A stretch of 63,719 bases of DNA, counting the filler. It is 8 parts of 8 records of this genome, joined end to end, with 100 filler letters (N's around TTAATTAATTAA, not from the genome) between each part and the next. Parts side by side here need not be neighbours in the genome. Positions count along the whole stretch, not along the records: positions 1 to 7,919 come from SRR31156797_14169; positions 8,020 to 22,221 come from SRR31156797_14173; 6 more parts are not named here. The stretch is one strand, 5' to 3'. A program made the translations under genes and the position numbers. The notes beneath the pieces are model-generated. The model saw nothing but the letters and a program-made list of their open reading frames with translations, had not been told where the DNA came from and searched no databases. This document shows, one piece after another, positions 1 through 9,862 of this stretch. The stretch's first letter is position 1. The number at the start of each line of letters is the position of its first letter.

Positions 1-615
1 GGAATTCATTTTCATATTGGCAGCCAGATTACCGATATTGAAGTTTTTAAGCAGTTGAGTTTAAAAATTAATTTTATTCAGGAATGGTTTGAAAAAAATG
101 GATTTCATCTGGAAACTATTAATGTTGGCGGTGGTTTGGGAATAAATTATAACGAACCTGAAAAAAACAGGATTCCCGATTTTGCCACATATTTTAGAAT
201 ATTCCATGAAAATCTGGAACTAAAACCGGGGCAGGAATTACATTTCGAGTTGGGTCGATCGCTGGTAGGACAGTGTGGAAATCTGATTACCAAAGTTCTT
301 TTTGAAAAAAGTGGATTGGAAACTAAATTTTTGATTGTAGATGCCGGAATGAATGATTTGTTGCGGCCCATGCTTTATCAGGCACATCATAAAATTGTTT
401 CACTAACTTCTGATAAATCCGGAAAAAAATACGATGTGGTTGGCCCGGTATGCGAATCGACCGATGTATTTGCAAAGGATATTTCAATTGCTGAATCGGG
501 CAGGGGAGACTTGCTGGCCATTTATTCGGCCGGTGCATATTCGCAGGTTATGGCGTCGACATATAATTTACGCTCCCTGATTCAGGGATTCGATTCCGAT
601 TCGATTTTTGAATAA
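1..615 (+). CDS. lysA: Diaminopimelate decarboxylase, C-terminal part (5'-truncated)
   Basis: Frame open from base 1 (GIHFHIGSQ). Contains INVGGGLG, ELGRSLV, GPVCESTD and AGAY..M.STYN motifs of group IV PLP decarboxylases. Confidence 0.9.
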   Translation, partial: GIHFHIGSQITDIEVFKQLSLKINFIQEWFEKNGFHLETINVGGGLGINYNEPEKNRIPDFATYFRIFHENLELKPGQELHFELGRSLVGQCGNLITKVLFEKSGLETKFLIVDAGMNDLLRPMLYQAHHKIVSLTSDKSGKKYDVVGPVCESTDVFAKDISIAESGRGDLLAIYSAGAYSQVMASTYNLRSLIQGFDSDSIFE

Positions 616-1374
616 TTATACCTGATAAATTTCACCCACTTTATAACGCGATGTAAGTTTCACTTCAAACTTTGTTTCCAGTGGTTTTATTGCTTCAAAG
701 GCAATTTCAGGTGAATTGTTTTCTTTTGAAAGGTGACTTAGGAAAACACATTTCAGGTTTTCTCCCGCATGGTTTTCCAGTAAATCGAAGGCTTGTTTAT
801 TTGAAAGGTGACCGTTTTCAGAAGCAATTCTTTTCTTCAAAAACCAGGGATATTTCCCATCCCAAAGCATTTTTTCATCGTAATTGGTTTCCAGAAAAAG
901 GGCGTCGCATTTTCCGAGGTGTGTGGTTACATTTTCGCAGGCCTCACCAATATCGGTAAAAACACCAATGTTTTTCTTTTTATATTCTACTCTGAAGGAA
1001 CAGGGCTCAGAAGCATCGTGGTTTTTAAGAAAAGGGAAAACATTAAATTCTCCAATTTCAATATTTTCATCAGGATTAAAGAATTTTGGATAATCGGGGC
1101 GAAGATTTTTATAAGCTCCGTTAAATGTTTTTGCTGTTAAATAAACCGGAATCTGTAATTTCTTGTTTATTCCGCGTGCTCCCCGCATGTGATCGCTGTG
1201 TTCGTGCGAAATAAAAAGTGCTTTTACTTTTTTGGGATCCAGTTCCTTTTCTTTCATACGTAAAATAATCTGTTTCCCTGAAATTCCGGCATCCACCAAA
1301 ATGGCATCTTTTTCATTTCCTATGTAATAACAGTTTCCGTTACTTCCCGACGCTATCGCACAAATCTCCAACAT
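616..1374 (-). CDS. MBL-fold metallo-hydrolase (YycJ/WalJ-like)
   Basis: ASGSNGN, SHEHSDH, NHDA, ETNYD, GHLSN and HLSKENN motifs. ATG start at MLEICAIASGS chosen. Confidence 0.9.
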   Translation of the reverse strand: MLEICAIASGSNGNCYYIGNEKDAILVDAGISGKQIILRMKEKELDPKKVKALFISHEHSDHMRGARGINKKLQIPVYLTAKTFNGAYKNLRPDYPKFFNPDENIEIGEFNVFPFLKNHDASEPCSFRVEYKKKNIGVFTDIGEACENVTTHLGKCDALFLETNYDEKMLWDGKYPWFLKKRIASENGHLSNKQAFDLLENHAGENLKCVFLSHLSKENNSPEIAFEAIKPLETKFEVKLTSRYKVGEIYQV

Positions 1375-1404
1375 TCTTTCTTTTTTAATGGTTGCCAAAA
1401 TTAC

Positions 1405-3672
1405 TTATTTTTTTGCTGAAATAAGGTATCTGCCACCTTTCAAACGCAACAAATTTCTCGATTTTCCAAGGTAATGAATCTGGGATGCTGGAGTGAATGA
1501 ATTTTCATTTACTTTCAGATTTGACAATTCCGCAGGAATAAGAATAAATGCTTCGCTGTTTCCTGGAATGGAAATATTGATTTGCCACTCTTCAGAGCCC
1601 GATTCCAATTTAAAACTAATTGCACCCCGGATGGTTGGAACTTTAATTTCAAAATTATTTAATCCTGTAGGTTGCGGATTTACAGTAAAGGTTTCAAATC
1701 CGGGATCCAGTGGCTGAATTCCTGCCAGCCGCCGCGGGATTATATTTCCGGGAGCTGCTCCCCAGGCATGGTTCCAGGTAAGGTTGGGTTTGTAATATTC
1801 GTCCCACGCTTCGGTGGTCATTGTTGAGCCAACATTTAGCATATTCATCCAGCTTCGTTTATTTTCCGAAGTTATTAAGCCAAGTGCATATTCTGCTTCG
1901 CCGGCATTGTATAACGCTTCTAAAAGATACTGTGCGCCATAAACACTGCAGGCCATTCCCCGGGTTTTTAAGAAACTGGCAACAGTTTTTATGTTTTCCT
2001 CCGGAACTAAATTAAAAGCCAGTGGAAACATATTGGCGTGTAAGCTGGAATGGTCAGTATCAATTCCATCGGTAAAAATTCCTTTTTCATTGTCGAACAT
2101 TTTTTCCATTACACTTTTTTGTACTTTTTCAGATTGTGTTTTATAGAAGTTTTGATCTTCTGTTTTTCCGAGTGCACCGGCTATTTCGGCCATGCATTTT
2201 AATGCGTAAAAATGAAATGCATTAACCACAGTATTATAATCGGTAAATACAAAACTGTCGCGTTCGCCTTCGGGAGTAGGGCCAGCCATACTGATTTGTT
2301 CCTGGCCTTCAGGTGTTCCGGCAGGCCAGTCAACAATATCGCTGAAATTGTCACCGGTAAAATGAATGTTTTCCAGAAATTCCGGAGTTACTTTTCCGGT
2401 TCGCGTACTTATTAATCCATCTTCGCTGGCCAGGTCAATCAGTGTTTTCTTTTTTAAATCGTCATAAACCATGGCAAGAAATTCAGTGTCGCCAGTATAC
2501 ATATAATGTTCGCGTGCCATCATTACCGAATGCATTTGCCATTCGGTTGGCCAGCTGGCATGCGAAAGCAAAAATGCCGTTGTGTAGCGCGCTGCCGAAA
2601 ATTCGCGATCGACAGAATAATGCCCCATTTGCTGAATATATGCATCGGCTTCGTAAGGCATTCGTTCGCGGTTCCCATCGCAGTAAACTCCTAAAAACGG
2701 AGTGGCTTTTAACGTGTATTTGCATAAATCCCAAACTTTGTTCAGGTTTTCATTCGGACTGTTAAATGAAGATGCATAATCATCAAAATAGTAATACAAA
2801 GCTTTTTGACTTACCGATGATATTTCAGTATTTTCTGTTCCTTTTATTTCAACATAACGAAAAGGCAAAACTTCAGGATAAAATGGTGCCATTTTCTGAC
2901 TGTGCGGGTAGTGCGCAATGTGGCGGGGGATTTCAACAGAATAATTATGCTCCCCTTTTTTTAATAAAAGCTCGTATTTAAAAAATCCAATATTTGAAAC
3001 TCCGGGATTTTTATTAACAGATAAATCTTCATTTTTCCTTTCACCCAAAAAAATTTCAATTGTTTCATTTTCTAATTCTGAAGAAACTGTTAGTTCAAGG
3101 GTTGCAAAAGCGGCTTTTCCAAAATCGGCAAACCATGTTTTTGAGGAAGTTTGCTCGAATATTTCGGGTTGGGTATTTTTAAAAGCAGCCATTTGGCGAT
3201 CTTCTGCTACCCAAATATTTTCTCCTGTTTCCACCCAGTTACTTTGTCCGGGCCATTCATCGTTGCGCTGAAAGTTACCGGTGTTAAATTGCTGTGGAGC
3301 ACTGTAATCACTTTCAAAATTATTTTCTCCCCAAATTTTTACTTTCCACCAATTTGCAGTGTTGCTTTTAAGTTCTTTGCCTTTATATGAAATATTTACT
3401 GAGATAGCTGAATTTATTTTGCCGCTGTCCCATAAATCTCCTTTTCCCTGTTCCAGCAGTTCGGACGATGAAGCCACTAAAATCTGAAAGGCAGTTTGTG
3501 AAATTGCTGCTTGTGGGAAAATCCATCCAAATTCGGGCGAAGTATCTGTGATTACTGCTTCCGAAGGAGAACGTAGAAGTTCCACCATTAATCCTTCCGG
3601 TTTTATTAATCTTTGGGCCGATACAGAGATGCAGAAAATAGCGAACAGAATAAACGTGGATATTTTTTTCAT
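1405..3672 (-). CDS. Secreted alpha-L-rhamnosidase-like glycoside hydrolase (GH78)
   Basis: Signal peptide, DLWDSGK Fn3-like N-domain, DGNRERMPYEAD and TTEAWD...NHAWGAAP motifs. Confidence 0.85.
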   Translation of the reverse strand: MKKISTFILFAIFCISVSAQRLIKPEGLMVELLRSPSEAVITDTSPEFGWIFPQAAISQTAFQILVASSSELLEQGKGDLWDSGKINSAISVNISYKGKELKSNTANWWKVKIWGENNFESDYSAPQQFNTGNFQRNDEWPGQSNWVETGENIWVAEDRQMAAFKNTQPEIFEQTSSKTWFADFGKAAFATLELTVSSELENETIEIFLGERKNEDLSVNKNPGVSNIGFFKYELLLKKGEHNYSVEIPRHIAHYPHSQKMAPFYPEVLPFRYVEIKGTENTEISSVSQKALYYYFDDYASSFNSPNENLNKVWDLCKYTLKATPFLGVYCDGNRERMPYEADAYIQQMGHYSVDREFSAARYTTAFLLSHASWPTEWQMHSVMMAREHYMYTGDTEFLAMVYDDLKKKTLIDLASEDGLISTRTGKVTPEFLENIHFTGDNFSDIVDWPAGTPEGQEQISMAGPTPEGERDSFVFTDYNTVVNAFHFYALKCMAEIAGALGKTEDQNFYKTQSEKVQKSVMEKMFDNEKGIFTDGIDTDHSSLHANMFPLAFNLVPEENIKTVASFLKTRGMACSVYGAQYLLEALYNAGEAEYALGLITSENKRSWMNMLNVGSTMTTEAWDEYYKPNLTWNHAWGAAPGNIIPRRLAGIQPLDPGFETFTVNPQPTGLNNFEIKVPTIRGAISFKLESGSEEWQINISIPGNSEAFILIPAELSNLKVNENSFTPASQIHYLGKSRNLLRLKGGRYLISAKK

Positions 3673-3732
3673 GATTTAGTCTAAATGGTTCAGAACAGAT
3701 ATCAAAAATAGTAAAGAGAATCCAGATTCAAC

Positions 3733-4773
3733 TTATAAATACTTTTTAGGAGCAAAATATCTTCTCCAGAATTTAAATTTTGTAAGTGAAGTGTTTGTAA
3801 TCAACCAGTTAAAAAACCGGTATTTCATTAGAAAATGAAGAATCCGGTAGCTGAAAAATATAATGGGTAATCCTGCAATAAACAGGTAAATCCATACTAG
3901 TAAATTATAATTCTGCTGAATAAAACCACCGGGTTCTGAAATTATTTTTATAAGGGAAATGGGAATAATTGAAAATACCAGCCACCACAGAATGGCAACA
4001 AAAAAGTGCGGAGTTTGAATGGCTTTTTTGGGGCAAACATTCATGCAATGCATACAACTTTCACATTTTTTTGTCCAGAAAGGGCGGTTGTTTTTCATTT
4101 GAATAGCATTTACCGGGCATTCCTTTTCACAAATTCCACAACCGTTACATTGGTTTCCGGCAATGAAAGTTTTTGCCAGTGCGAACCGGCCGTAAAAATA
4201 ATAACCAGCTGAAATTGGGCTGATAAAAAGATCGATGGGAATTGAAATCAGGCCTTTGTAAATTTTGTTTCCCGCTATAAGTTTTCCTGCAAAAGTTTTC
4301 GTAATTCTTTTGCAGCGTTTAAAAATCGAGTCGACCACTTTTTGTCGTAATCCCGGGTGAATAGATATCCAGTTTGAAGGCAAATCCAAAGGTTGCAATC
4401 CAACTATTTTACATCCTTTTAACCGTAAAATTAATGCCGGAAAAAGTTGGGCCATTCCGCTTAATCCGGGCGTAAAAAGTTTTAATATTTTCATGCCGGC
4501 GCGGGTGTTCAGTAAAAACACAGGGTTTTTTGATTTCGGAAAATGCAGTATAAAATCGATAACAACCGGCGGAGCGTTAAATCCATGTGTAGGATAACAG
4601 AATCCAATCAGTGTATTTTTATTTAATTCCGATTTATCAATCTTTAAATCGGGTGTGATTTTATAGATTTTAACTGAAATGTTGTTTTCTGAAAAAATCC
4701 CGGTTATCCAGTTTGCAGCAGCCAGTGCATTTCCGGTTCCTGTAAAATAGTAAAGCAGCAGGTTGTTATACAT
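3733..4773 (-). CDS. EFR1-family flavodoxin plus 2x[4Fe-4S] ferredoxin protein with C-terminal hydrophobic helices
   Basis: YFTGTGNA flavodoxin loop. CNGCGICEKECP and CESCMHCMNVCP ferredoxin motifs. Confidence 0.85.
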   Translation of the reverse strand: MYNNLLLYYFTGTGNALAAANWITGIFSENNISVKIYKITPDLKIDKSELNKNTLIGFCYPTHGFNAPPVVIDFILHFPKSKNPVFLLNTRAGMKILKLFTPGLSGMAQLFPALILRLKGCKIVGLQPLDLPSNWISIHPGLRQKVVDSIFKRCKRITKTFAGKLIAGNKIYKGLISIPIDLFISPISAGYYFYGRFALAKTFIAGNQCNGCGICEKECPVNAIQMKNNRPFWTKKCESCMHCMNVCPKKAIQTPHFFVAILWWLVFSIIPISLIKIISEPGGFIQQNYNLLVWIYLFIAGLPIIFFSYRILHFLMKYRFFNWLITNTSLTKFKFWRRYFAPKKYL

Positions 4774-4810
4774 TTCAAAAATATTTCAACCTAAATTTAC
4801 GAAAACGATT

Positions 4811-6217
4811 TTAAGAATAACTTGATCCATCCCAACAATGGGTACATAATTTTTCTTTGGGCAATCCAATCGCTTCAACCAGATCGTTTAATTTTTGATA
4901 TTTTAATGATGTTAATCCCAGGTTTTTTCTGATTCTTTCAACCATGTTTTTATACTCTTCCGTTTCAGGATCGGAATATTTTTTCAAATCGACATCCTCT
5001 GTCCCTTTTAGCTGGCTAATTGCAGTTCTGGTTGCCAGTTCAAGGGTTTTTCTTGAGCGTGAGAAATTAAGAAACTCACAGGGATATGTTAATGGAGGGC
5101 ATGCAATTCGCATGTGAACATCTTTTATTCCTTCAGAATGTAAATCACGCGTATTATCTTTTAACTGTGTTCCTCTTACGATAGAATCGTCAAGAAAAAT
5201 ACCACGTTTATCTTTTATTAATGCAGGGTTTGGGATTAGTTTCATTTTAGCAACCAAGTCGCGCATTTTCTGGTTTTGAGGCATAAAACTTCGGGGCCAG
5301 GTTGGGGTGTATTTTGCATAAGGTCGTGTGTATGGGATTTTACGTTTGTTGCTGTAGCCTATTGCATGGCCAACTCCCGAGTCGGGGATTCCTGCGACAA
5401 AATCGGCTTCGACAGCGTCGTTTTCGGCCAATGCAGCTCCACAACGATAACGCACTTCATCTACATTTATTCCTTCGTAGTACGATGGCGGATAACCATA
5501 ATAAACCCATAAAAACGAGCAAACCTGCATTTTTTTCTCTGGTTTGCGAAGCTGAACAATTCCGTCGGCTGTTATTCTTATAATTTCTCCCGGACCAATA
5601 TACTTATCGATTTCATAATTTAAGTTTGCAAAAGAACAACTTTCCGAAGCCACAGCAAATCCATCGCAGTTTTTCCCAACTACAATTGGAGTCCGACCAA
5701 GTTTATCGCGGGCTGCAATTATTTCATTCTCGGTAAGTATAATTATAGAGCATGATCCTTTTATTTTATTAAAAACATTTTCAATGCCGGAAACAAAATC
5801 TTGTCCGCCAGCAATGAGCATGGCAACCAATTCTGTTGGATTAACACTTCCCTGGCTCGTTTCAGAAAAAGTTCTGTTATTATCGAGTAGTTCTTTTTCA
5901 AGTTCCTCAGCATTGTTTATTTTGCTAACTGTTGCTATGGCAAACTTTCCCAAGTGAGAATTCGCAACAATGGGTTGAGCTTCATTATCACTGATAATTC
6001 CTATTCCGCTGTTTCCTTCAAAGTTTTTGATGTCATTTTCAAACTTGCTTCTAAAGTACCCATCTTCCAGGCTATGTATAGATCGTTGAAATCCTTTTTT
6101 TTGATTGAAAAATGCCAGCCCGGCTCTTTTTGTTCCCAGATGTGAATGGTAGTCAGTTCCATAAAATACGTGGGCAACACAGTCAGTTTTAGAGTTAATC
6201 CCGAAAAATCCGCTCAT
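4811..6217 (-). CDS. purF: Amidophosphoribosyltransferase family protein, variant without the N-terminal Cys nucleophile
   Basis: GIPDSG and FLDDSIVRGT PRPP loop, ACPP and LCTHCWDG Fe-S ligands. N-terminus is MSGFFG rather than MCG. Confidence 0.85.
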   Translation of the reverse strand: MSGFFGINSKTDCVAHVFYGTDYHSHLGTKRAGLAFFNQKKGFQRSIHSLEDGYFRSKFENDIKNFEGNSGIGIISDNEAQPIVANSHLGKFAIATVSKINNAEELEKELLDNNRTFSETSQGSVNPTELVAMLIAGGQDFVSGIENVFNKIKGSCSIIILTENEIIAARDKLGRTPIVVGKNCDGFAVASESCSFANLNYEIDKYIGPGEIIRITADGIVQLRKPEKKMQVCSFLWVYYGYPPSYYEGINVDEVRYRCGAALAENDAVEADFVAGIPDSGVGHAIGYSNKRKIPYTRPYAKYTPTWPRSFMPQNQKMRDLVAKMKLIPNPALIKDKRGIFLDDSIVRGTQLKDNTRDLHSEGIKDVHMRIACPPLTYPCEFLNFSRSRKTLELATRTAISQLKGTEDVDLKKYSDPETEEYKNMVERIRKNLGLTSLKYQKLNDLVEAIGLPKEKLCTHCWDGSSYS

Positions 6218-6348
6218 TAGTTTTTGGTTTTATAGATTTATGAATTCGGGAAATTATTGGTTTTTCTTTTTAACTCTGAATAAAAGCACAAATCTTTTTT
6301 AACAATCTACCAACAACGATTTAGTTTTTCGGGAGCCAAGGATACAAT

Positions 6349-6891
6349 TTATTTCACTAATTTAGAAATTGCTCTGAACTCCGGAGCTTTGGCTGTTCTG
6401 GTCAATTCAAACAAAATCGATTCGTATGAAGTCATCATAATACCTTCAATCCGGAATCGTTCTTTTGCCAATTCGATATTTTCTTTGCTCCTTGAAGAAA
6501 TACAATCGGTAACCACAATTGGATTATAACCGGCTTCTTTTAAATCTACTGCAGTTTGAAGTACGCAGACATGCGATTCTATCCCGCAAATGATGATGTT
6601 CTTTGCATTTATTTCATTCAGTTTAGTTACTACTTCTGATTCGTCGTAACAACTGAAATCGCTTTTTTCAATGTATTCAAAAGCGGGTGCCACCGATTTT
6701 ATCTCGGGAAGAGTTTCGCCAAGTCCTTTTGTATATTGTTGCGTGAAAATGGTTGGAATCGATAATTCTTTTAAACCTTCAATTAAAATTTTACAATTAG
6801 TAAGCAGTTTTTCTTTCTCCCACATTACAGGAAATAACCGTTCCTGAATATCTATAACCAATCCTGCTGTATTTTCTTTTGTAATCCTCAT
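6349..6891 (-). CDS. Isochorismatase-family (YcaC-like) hydrolase
   Basis: VIDIQERL, TQQYTKGLG and GIESHVCVLQT motifs. ATG start at MRITKEN chosen. Confidence 0.9.
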   Translation of the reverse strand: MRITKENTAGLVIDIQERLFPVMWEKEKLLTNCKILIEGLKELSIPTIFTQQYTKGLGETLPEIKSVAPAFEYIEKSDFSCYDESEVVTKLNEINAKNIIICGIESHVCVLQTAVDLKEAGYNPIVVTDCISSRSKENIELAKERFRIEGIMMTSYESILFELTRTAKAPEFRAISKLVK

Positions 6892-6919
6892 ACTAAAACT
6901 ATATTTTACTTTTAACAAT

Positions 6920-7531
6920 TTATTTTTTCAACTTGGCTTGTTTTCGCGATTTATCACCTAAATAACCGCCGTGGTGTCGTTTTGCATAATCTTTACTTGT
7001 AAACCCGATTTTATTCATGAGTGTAACTACCAGTGCATCGCCAATTACTGTCATAACTGTAGTTGAAGTAGTTGGCGATAATCCTAACGGACAAACTTCG
7101 GCGGGATTTCCTGTGTAAATAAAAGCATCGGCATTTTTTGCCAGATTACTTTCCGGATTTCCTGAAATAACAACAACAGGTAAACCGTGGTGAAGATTTT
7201 CAGCCAGTTCAACAAGTTCTATTATTTCGCGGGTTTTCCCTGAATTTGAAATCAATAAAAGAACATCGTTTTCCTGAACTACACCCAAATCGCCATGCTG
7301 CGAGTCGCTGGGGTGTAAAAAAACAGATGGTGTTCCGGTTGAACTAAAAGTAGTAGCAATATTCAGGGCAATCTGTCCGGCTTTACCCATACCACTGGCC
7401 ACCAATTTCCCCTTTTTTTTATGAACTTGCGTGAAAATTAATTCAACAGCATCTACAAAATTATCGTTTACCGGAATATTACTAATGGCTTTTGCCTCTT
7501 GTTCAATAACTTTTCTAATTGATTCCTTCAT
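6920..7531 (-). CDS. KpsF/GutQ-family arabinose-5-phosphate isomerase (SIS domain only)
   Basis: SGMGKAG, HGDLG, SNSGKT, EVCPLGLSPTTST and HHGG motifs. No CBS domains. Bacteroidota-type TAGCTTTG -7 element just upstream. Confidence 0.9.
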   Translation of the reverse strand: MKESIRKVIEQEAKAISNIPVNDNFVDAVELIFTQVHKKKGKLVASGMGKAGQIALNIATTFSSTGTPSVFLHPSDSQHGDLGVVQENDVLLLISNSGKTREIIELVELAENLHHGLPVVVISGNPESNLAKNADAFIYTGNPAEVCPLGLSPTTSTTVMTVIGDALVVTLMNKIGFTSKDYAKRHHGGYLGDKSRKQAKLKK

Positions 7532-7892
7532 GATGAAAAATTTGCACAAAGCTACATGAAAATTTATTTTGTTGTAAACGTTCGTTGCAATAAAATGTAA
7601 TTATTGATAAAAAAATGGCTTGCTAATTTTAATTGTCAGGTAATCAGGTATGTTTGATTTTACATTAGAAATAAATCTTTTAATGTAAAATAACGGGGAA
7701 AAGTAATTGATTTTGTCTATGAATTTTTACTTTTATAACAAGATTTTAAATTTTTAAATCATCTGTTGAAACAGTAGCCTTACATGTTGCAGGTCATAAA
7801 AAAAGGTAAATATTGATAGGTCTGGATATGTAAATATTTGGTATTTTTGACGATTATTTTTTTACTACATATATCATTTCTAATAACTAAAG

Positions 7893-7919
7893 ATGAAAAT
7901 TCACGAATATCAAGCCCGA
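7893..7919 (+). CDS. sucC: Start of succinyl-CoA ligase beta subunit (truncated by contig end)
   Basis: MKIHEYQAR matches the conserved SucC N-terminus, but only 9 codons are visible. Confidence 0.65.
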
Positions 7920-8019
7920 NNNNNNNNNNNNNNNNNNNNNNNNNNNNNNNNNNNNNNNNNNNNTTAATTAATTAANNNNNNNNNNNNNNNNNNNNNNNNN
8001 NNNNNNNNNNNNNNNNNNN
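7920..8019. other. Artificial contig linker N44-TTAATTAATTAA-N44; also at 22222-22321, 33129-33228, 38909-39008, 44589-44688, 50364-50463 and 57812-57911
   Basis: Identical 100-nt spacer with stops in all six frames. Genes are truncated at most junctions. Confidence 0.99.
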
Positions 8020-8080
8020 TAGTGCTTAGGGTTTTAGAGCTTAGCAAAATAATCTAAGCCCTAAGCAATAAGCTCTAAGC
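8020..8080. repeat. Inverted arrays of ~7-nt repeats (GCTTAGR / CTAAGCN)
   Basis: tagtgct-tagggtt-ttagagc-ttagc followed by ctaagcc-ctaagca-ataagct-ctaagc. Confidence 0.75.
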
Positions 8081-9451
8081 CTATTTCACATATTCATCAT
8101 GTATCGCCCTTATAGTAGCGGCCCTGTCTGTCTTCTTGACAATAAAATAAGCCGCTACCGGAGATGCTCCCACTGAGATGATCTCAATATTGATCCCTTT
8201 TTCTGATACGGCTGCGAATATTCTGGCTGCCAATCCGACCTTTTCTGTAATTCCATGACCCACTGCTGCAATTACGGAAATATCATCCTCGGCTACAACT
8301 TCAGAAATCGCATGCAAGTCTAATTCACTGACCAGTTTTTTTGAGCGTTTTAAATACGACATCTCGATCAAAATATTGATCGTCGTTTGTGATGTGATCA
8401 CGGATTTAATATTTATTCCGGCATGATCCATTGCTGAAGAGACTTTGGACAATATACCGGGTTTATAACCGACGCCTGGGCCTTTTAGCTTCAAAATGCC
8501 TATCTCATCGGAAAAAGTCACACTTTTGATCACATCATCGTGTACATTTGCCTTATTTTCAACTGTTGTTAACGGTTCATTAAGTTTTTTCACCGTAGCA
8601 ATATTAAAGATCCGGATCGGGATACCCGATTCTCGAAGTGGCTCAACTGTTCTAGGATGCAGGATCTTTGCACCAAAATATGATAATTCTGCCGATTCCA
8701 TGTAAGAAAGAGACTTTATTCTTTTGGGATTTTCCACATAACGTGGATCACCTGTCAGAAAACCATCAACATCTTTGAACAGATCCAAACTTTTCGCGTT
8801 GAGGCATTTAGCAATAGCTGCTGCTGAATAATCACTGCCTCCCCTGCCTAATAAAGTTGTTTTACCTTCCTCAGAAACACCATAAAATCCCGGGACTACC
8901 ACAACGGGCTTGCCTTTAACGGAGTCAGATACTTTCCTGGAGGCTAATTCAAAATCAACAGTAGCGTTTGAAAATTCACCGTCGGTGATCAATCCCAGAT
9001 CTTCAGGTAAAATTTCTTCAGCATTTACATTAAGGTATTTAAGTATTCCGGCTAGCATAAGCGAACTTAGTCGTTCCCCATAAGAAAGAATGGTATCATT
9101 AACAAAAGCCGGGATATCACCAAAGAAATTCACACCTTGGAGATATCTCTTGAGTTGTTTGATCCTATCAAGTAATGCTGAAAAAATCTCATCACGCACT
9201 GCCGGATCATCAACTACTTCCTCAAGCGTTTCAATTTTAAGTGAAAGAAGTTTATCCGTTAATCGATCAATGGCCGTTTCATCAGTTTTAACCTCTTCCA
9301 ATGCCTTGACCAACATATCCGTCACACCGTAAAAAGCAGAGACAACGATAAGCAAATTGTCGTCATATTTTTCAATAACATCAACGATCCTTAAGATATC
9401 ATCTTTTTTCTTTAGATTTGAACCACCGAATTTTAATACGTGGGATGACAT
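8081..9451 (-). CDS. Aspartate kinase with C-terminal ACT domains
   Basis: LKFGGS, VVSAFYGVTD, SYGERLSS, TLLGRGGSDYSAA and ELSYFGAKILHP motifs. Confidence 0.95.
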   Translation of the reverse strand: MSSHVLKFGGSNLKKKDDILRIVDVIEKYDDNLLIVVSAFYGVTDMLVKALEEVKTDETAIDRLTDKLLSLKIETLEEVVDDPAVRDEIFSALLDRIKQLKRYLQGVNFFGDIPAFVNDTILSYGERLSSLMLAGILKYLNVNAEEILPEDLGLITDGEFSNATVDFELASRKVSDSVKGKPVVVVPGFYGVSEEGKTTLLGRGGSDYSAAAIAKCLNAKSLDLFKDVDGFLTGDPRYVENPKRIKSLSYMESAELSYFGAKILHPRTVEPLRESGIPIRIFNIATVKKLNEPLTTVENKANVHDDVIKSVTFSDEIGILKLKGPGVGYKPGILSKVSSAMDHAGINIKSVITSQTTINILIEMSYLKRSKKLVSELDLHAISEVVAEDDISVIAAVGHGITEKVGLAARIFAAVSEKGINIEIISVGASPVAAYFIVKKTDRAATIRAIHDEYVK

Positions 9452-9516
9452 ATGCGTGACCTTTCCATTACATCGTAGTTGAAACTTATTTACTTCATCA
9501 TTTCAATATTATTTTT

Positions 9517-9583
9517 GCTTAGGGCTTAGAGTTTTAAAGCTTAGTCTGATTTAAATATTTTCTAAGCCTCTTAAACTCTAAGC
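9517..9583. repeat. Second inverted GCTTAGR / CTAAGC short-repeat array
   Basis: gcttagg-gcttaga-gttttaaa-gcttag ... ctaagcct-cttaaact-ctaagc. Confidence 0.7.
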
Positions 9584-9600
9584 GCTTTTTTCATTCAATG

Positions 9601-9628
9601 AAAAAAGCTAGCAGCTATGCTGCCAGCC
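9601..9628 (-). terminator. Intrinsic terminator downstream of tRNA
   Basis: Minus strand GGCTGGCAGC-ATA-GCTGCTAGC followed by T6. Confidence 0.8.
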
Positions 9629-9632
9629 CTTG

Positions 9633-9704
9633 CTGGGACGGAGGGACTCGAACCCCCAATAACCTGATTAACAGTCAGGCGCCTTGCCATTAGACGACAT
9701 CCCA
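9633..9704 (-). tRNA. tRNA-Asn(GTT), CCA not encoded
   Basis: Cloverleaf: TGGGATG/CGTCCCA acceptor stem, GTCT/AGGC D-stem, CCTGA-CTGTTAA-TCAGG anticodon arm, GGGGG-TTCGAGT-CCCTC T-arm, discriminator G. Confidence 0.95.
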
Positions 9705-9862
9705 TATTATCAATCGTTTGGAATATGCAAACAATACCGCTAATATGCAACATAAATTTGCAAATATTATTAATATTGTTCGTATTTATCATAATTTTCC
9801 TAATATTATTCGTTACATACCATAGGTTTGCCGTTAAATCACCGCTTTTTTGCAGGCATTCT

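Noticed and set aside
6920-7531. KpsF without CBS domains as a novelty
   Set aside because: SIS-only arabinose-5-phosphate isomerases are already known.
9595-9792. 65-aa ORF over the tRNA
   Set aside because: Spurious frame running across tRNA-Asn and its terminator.
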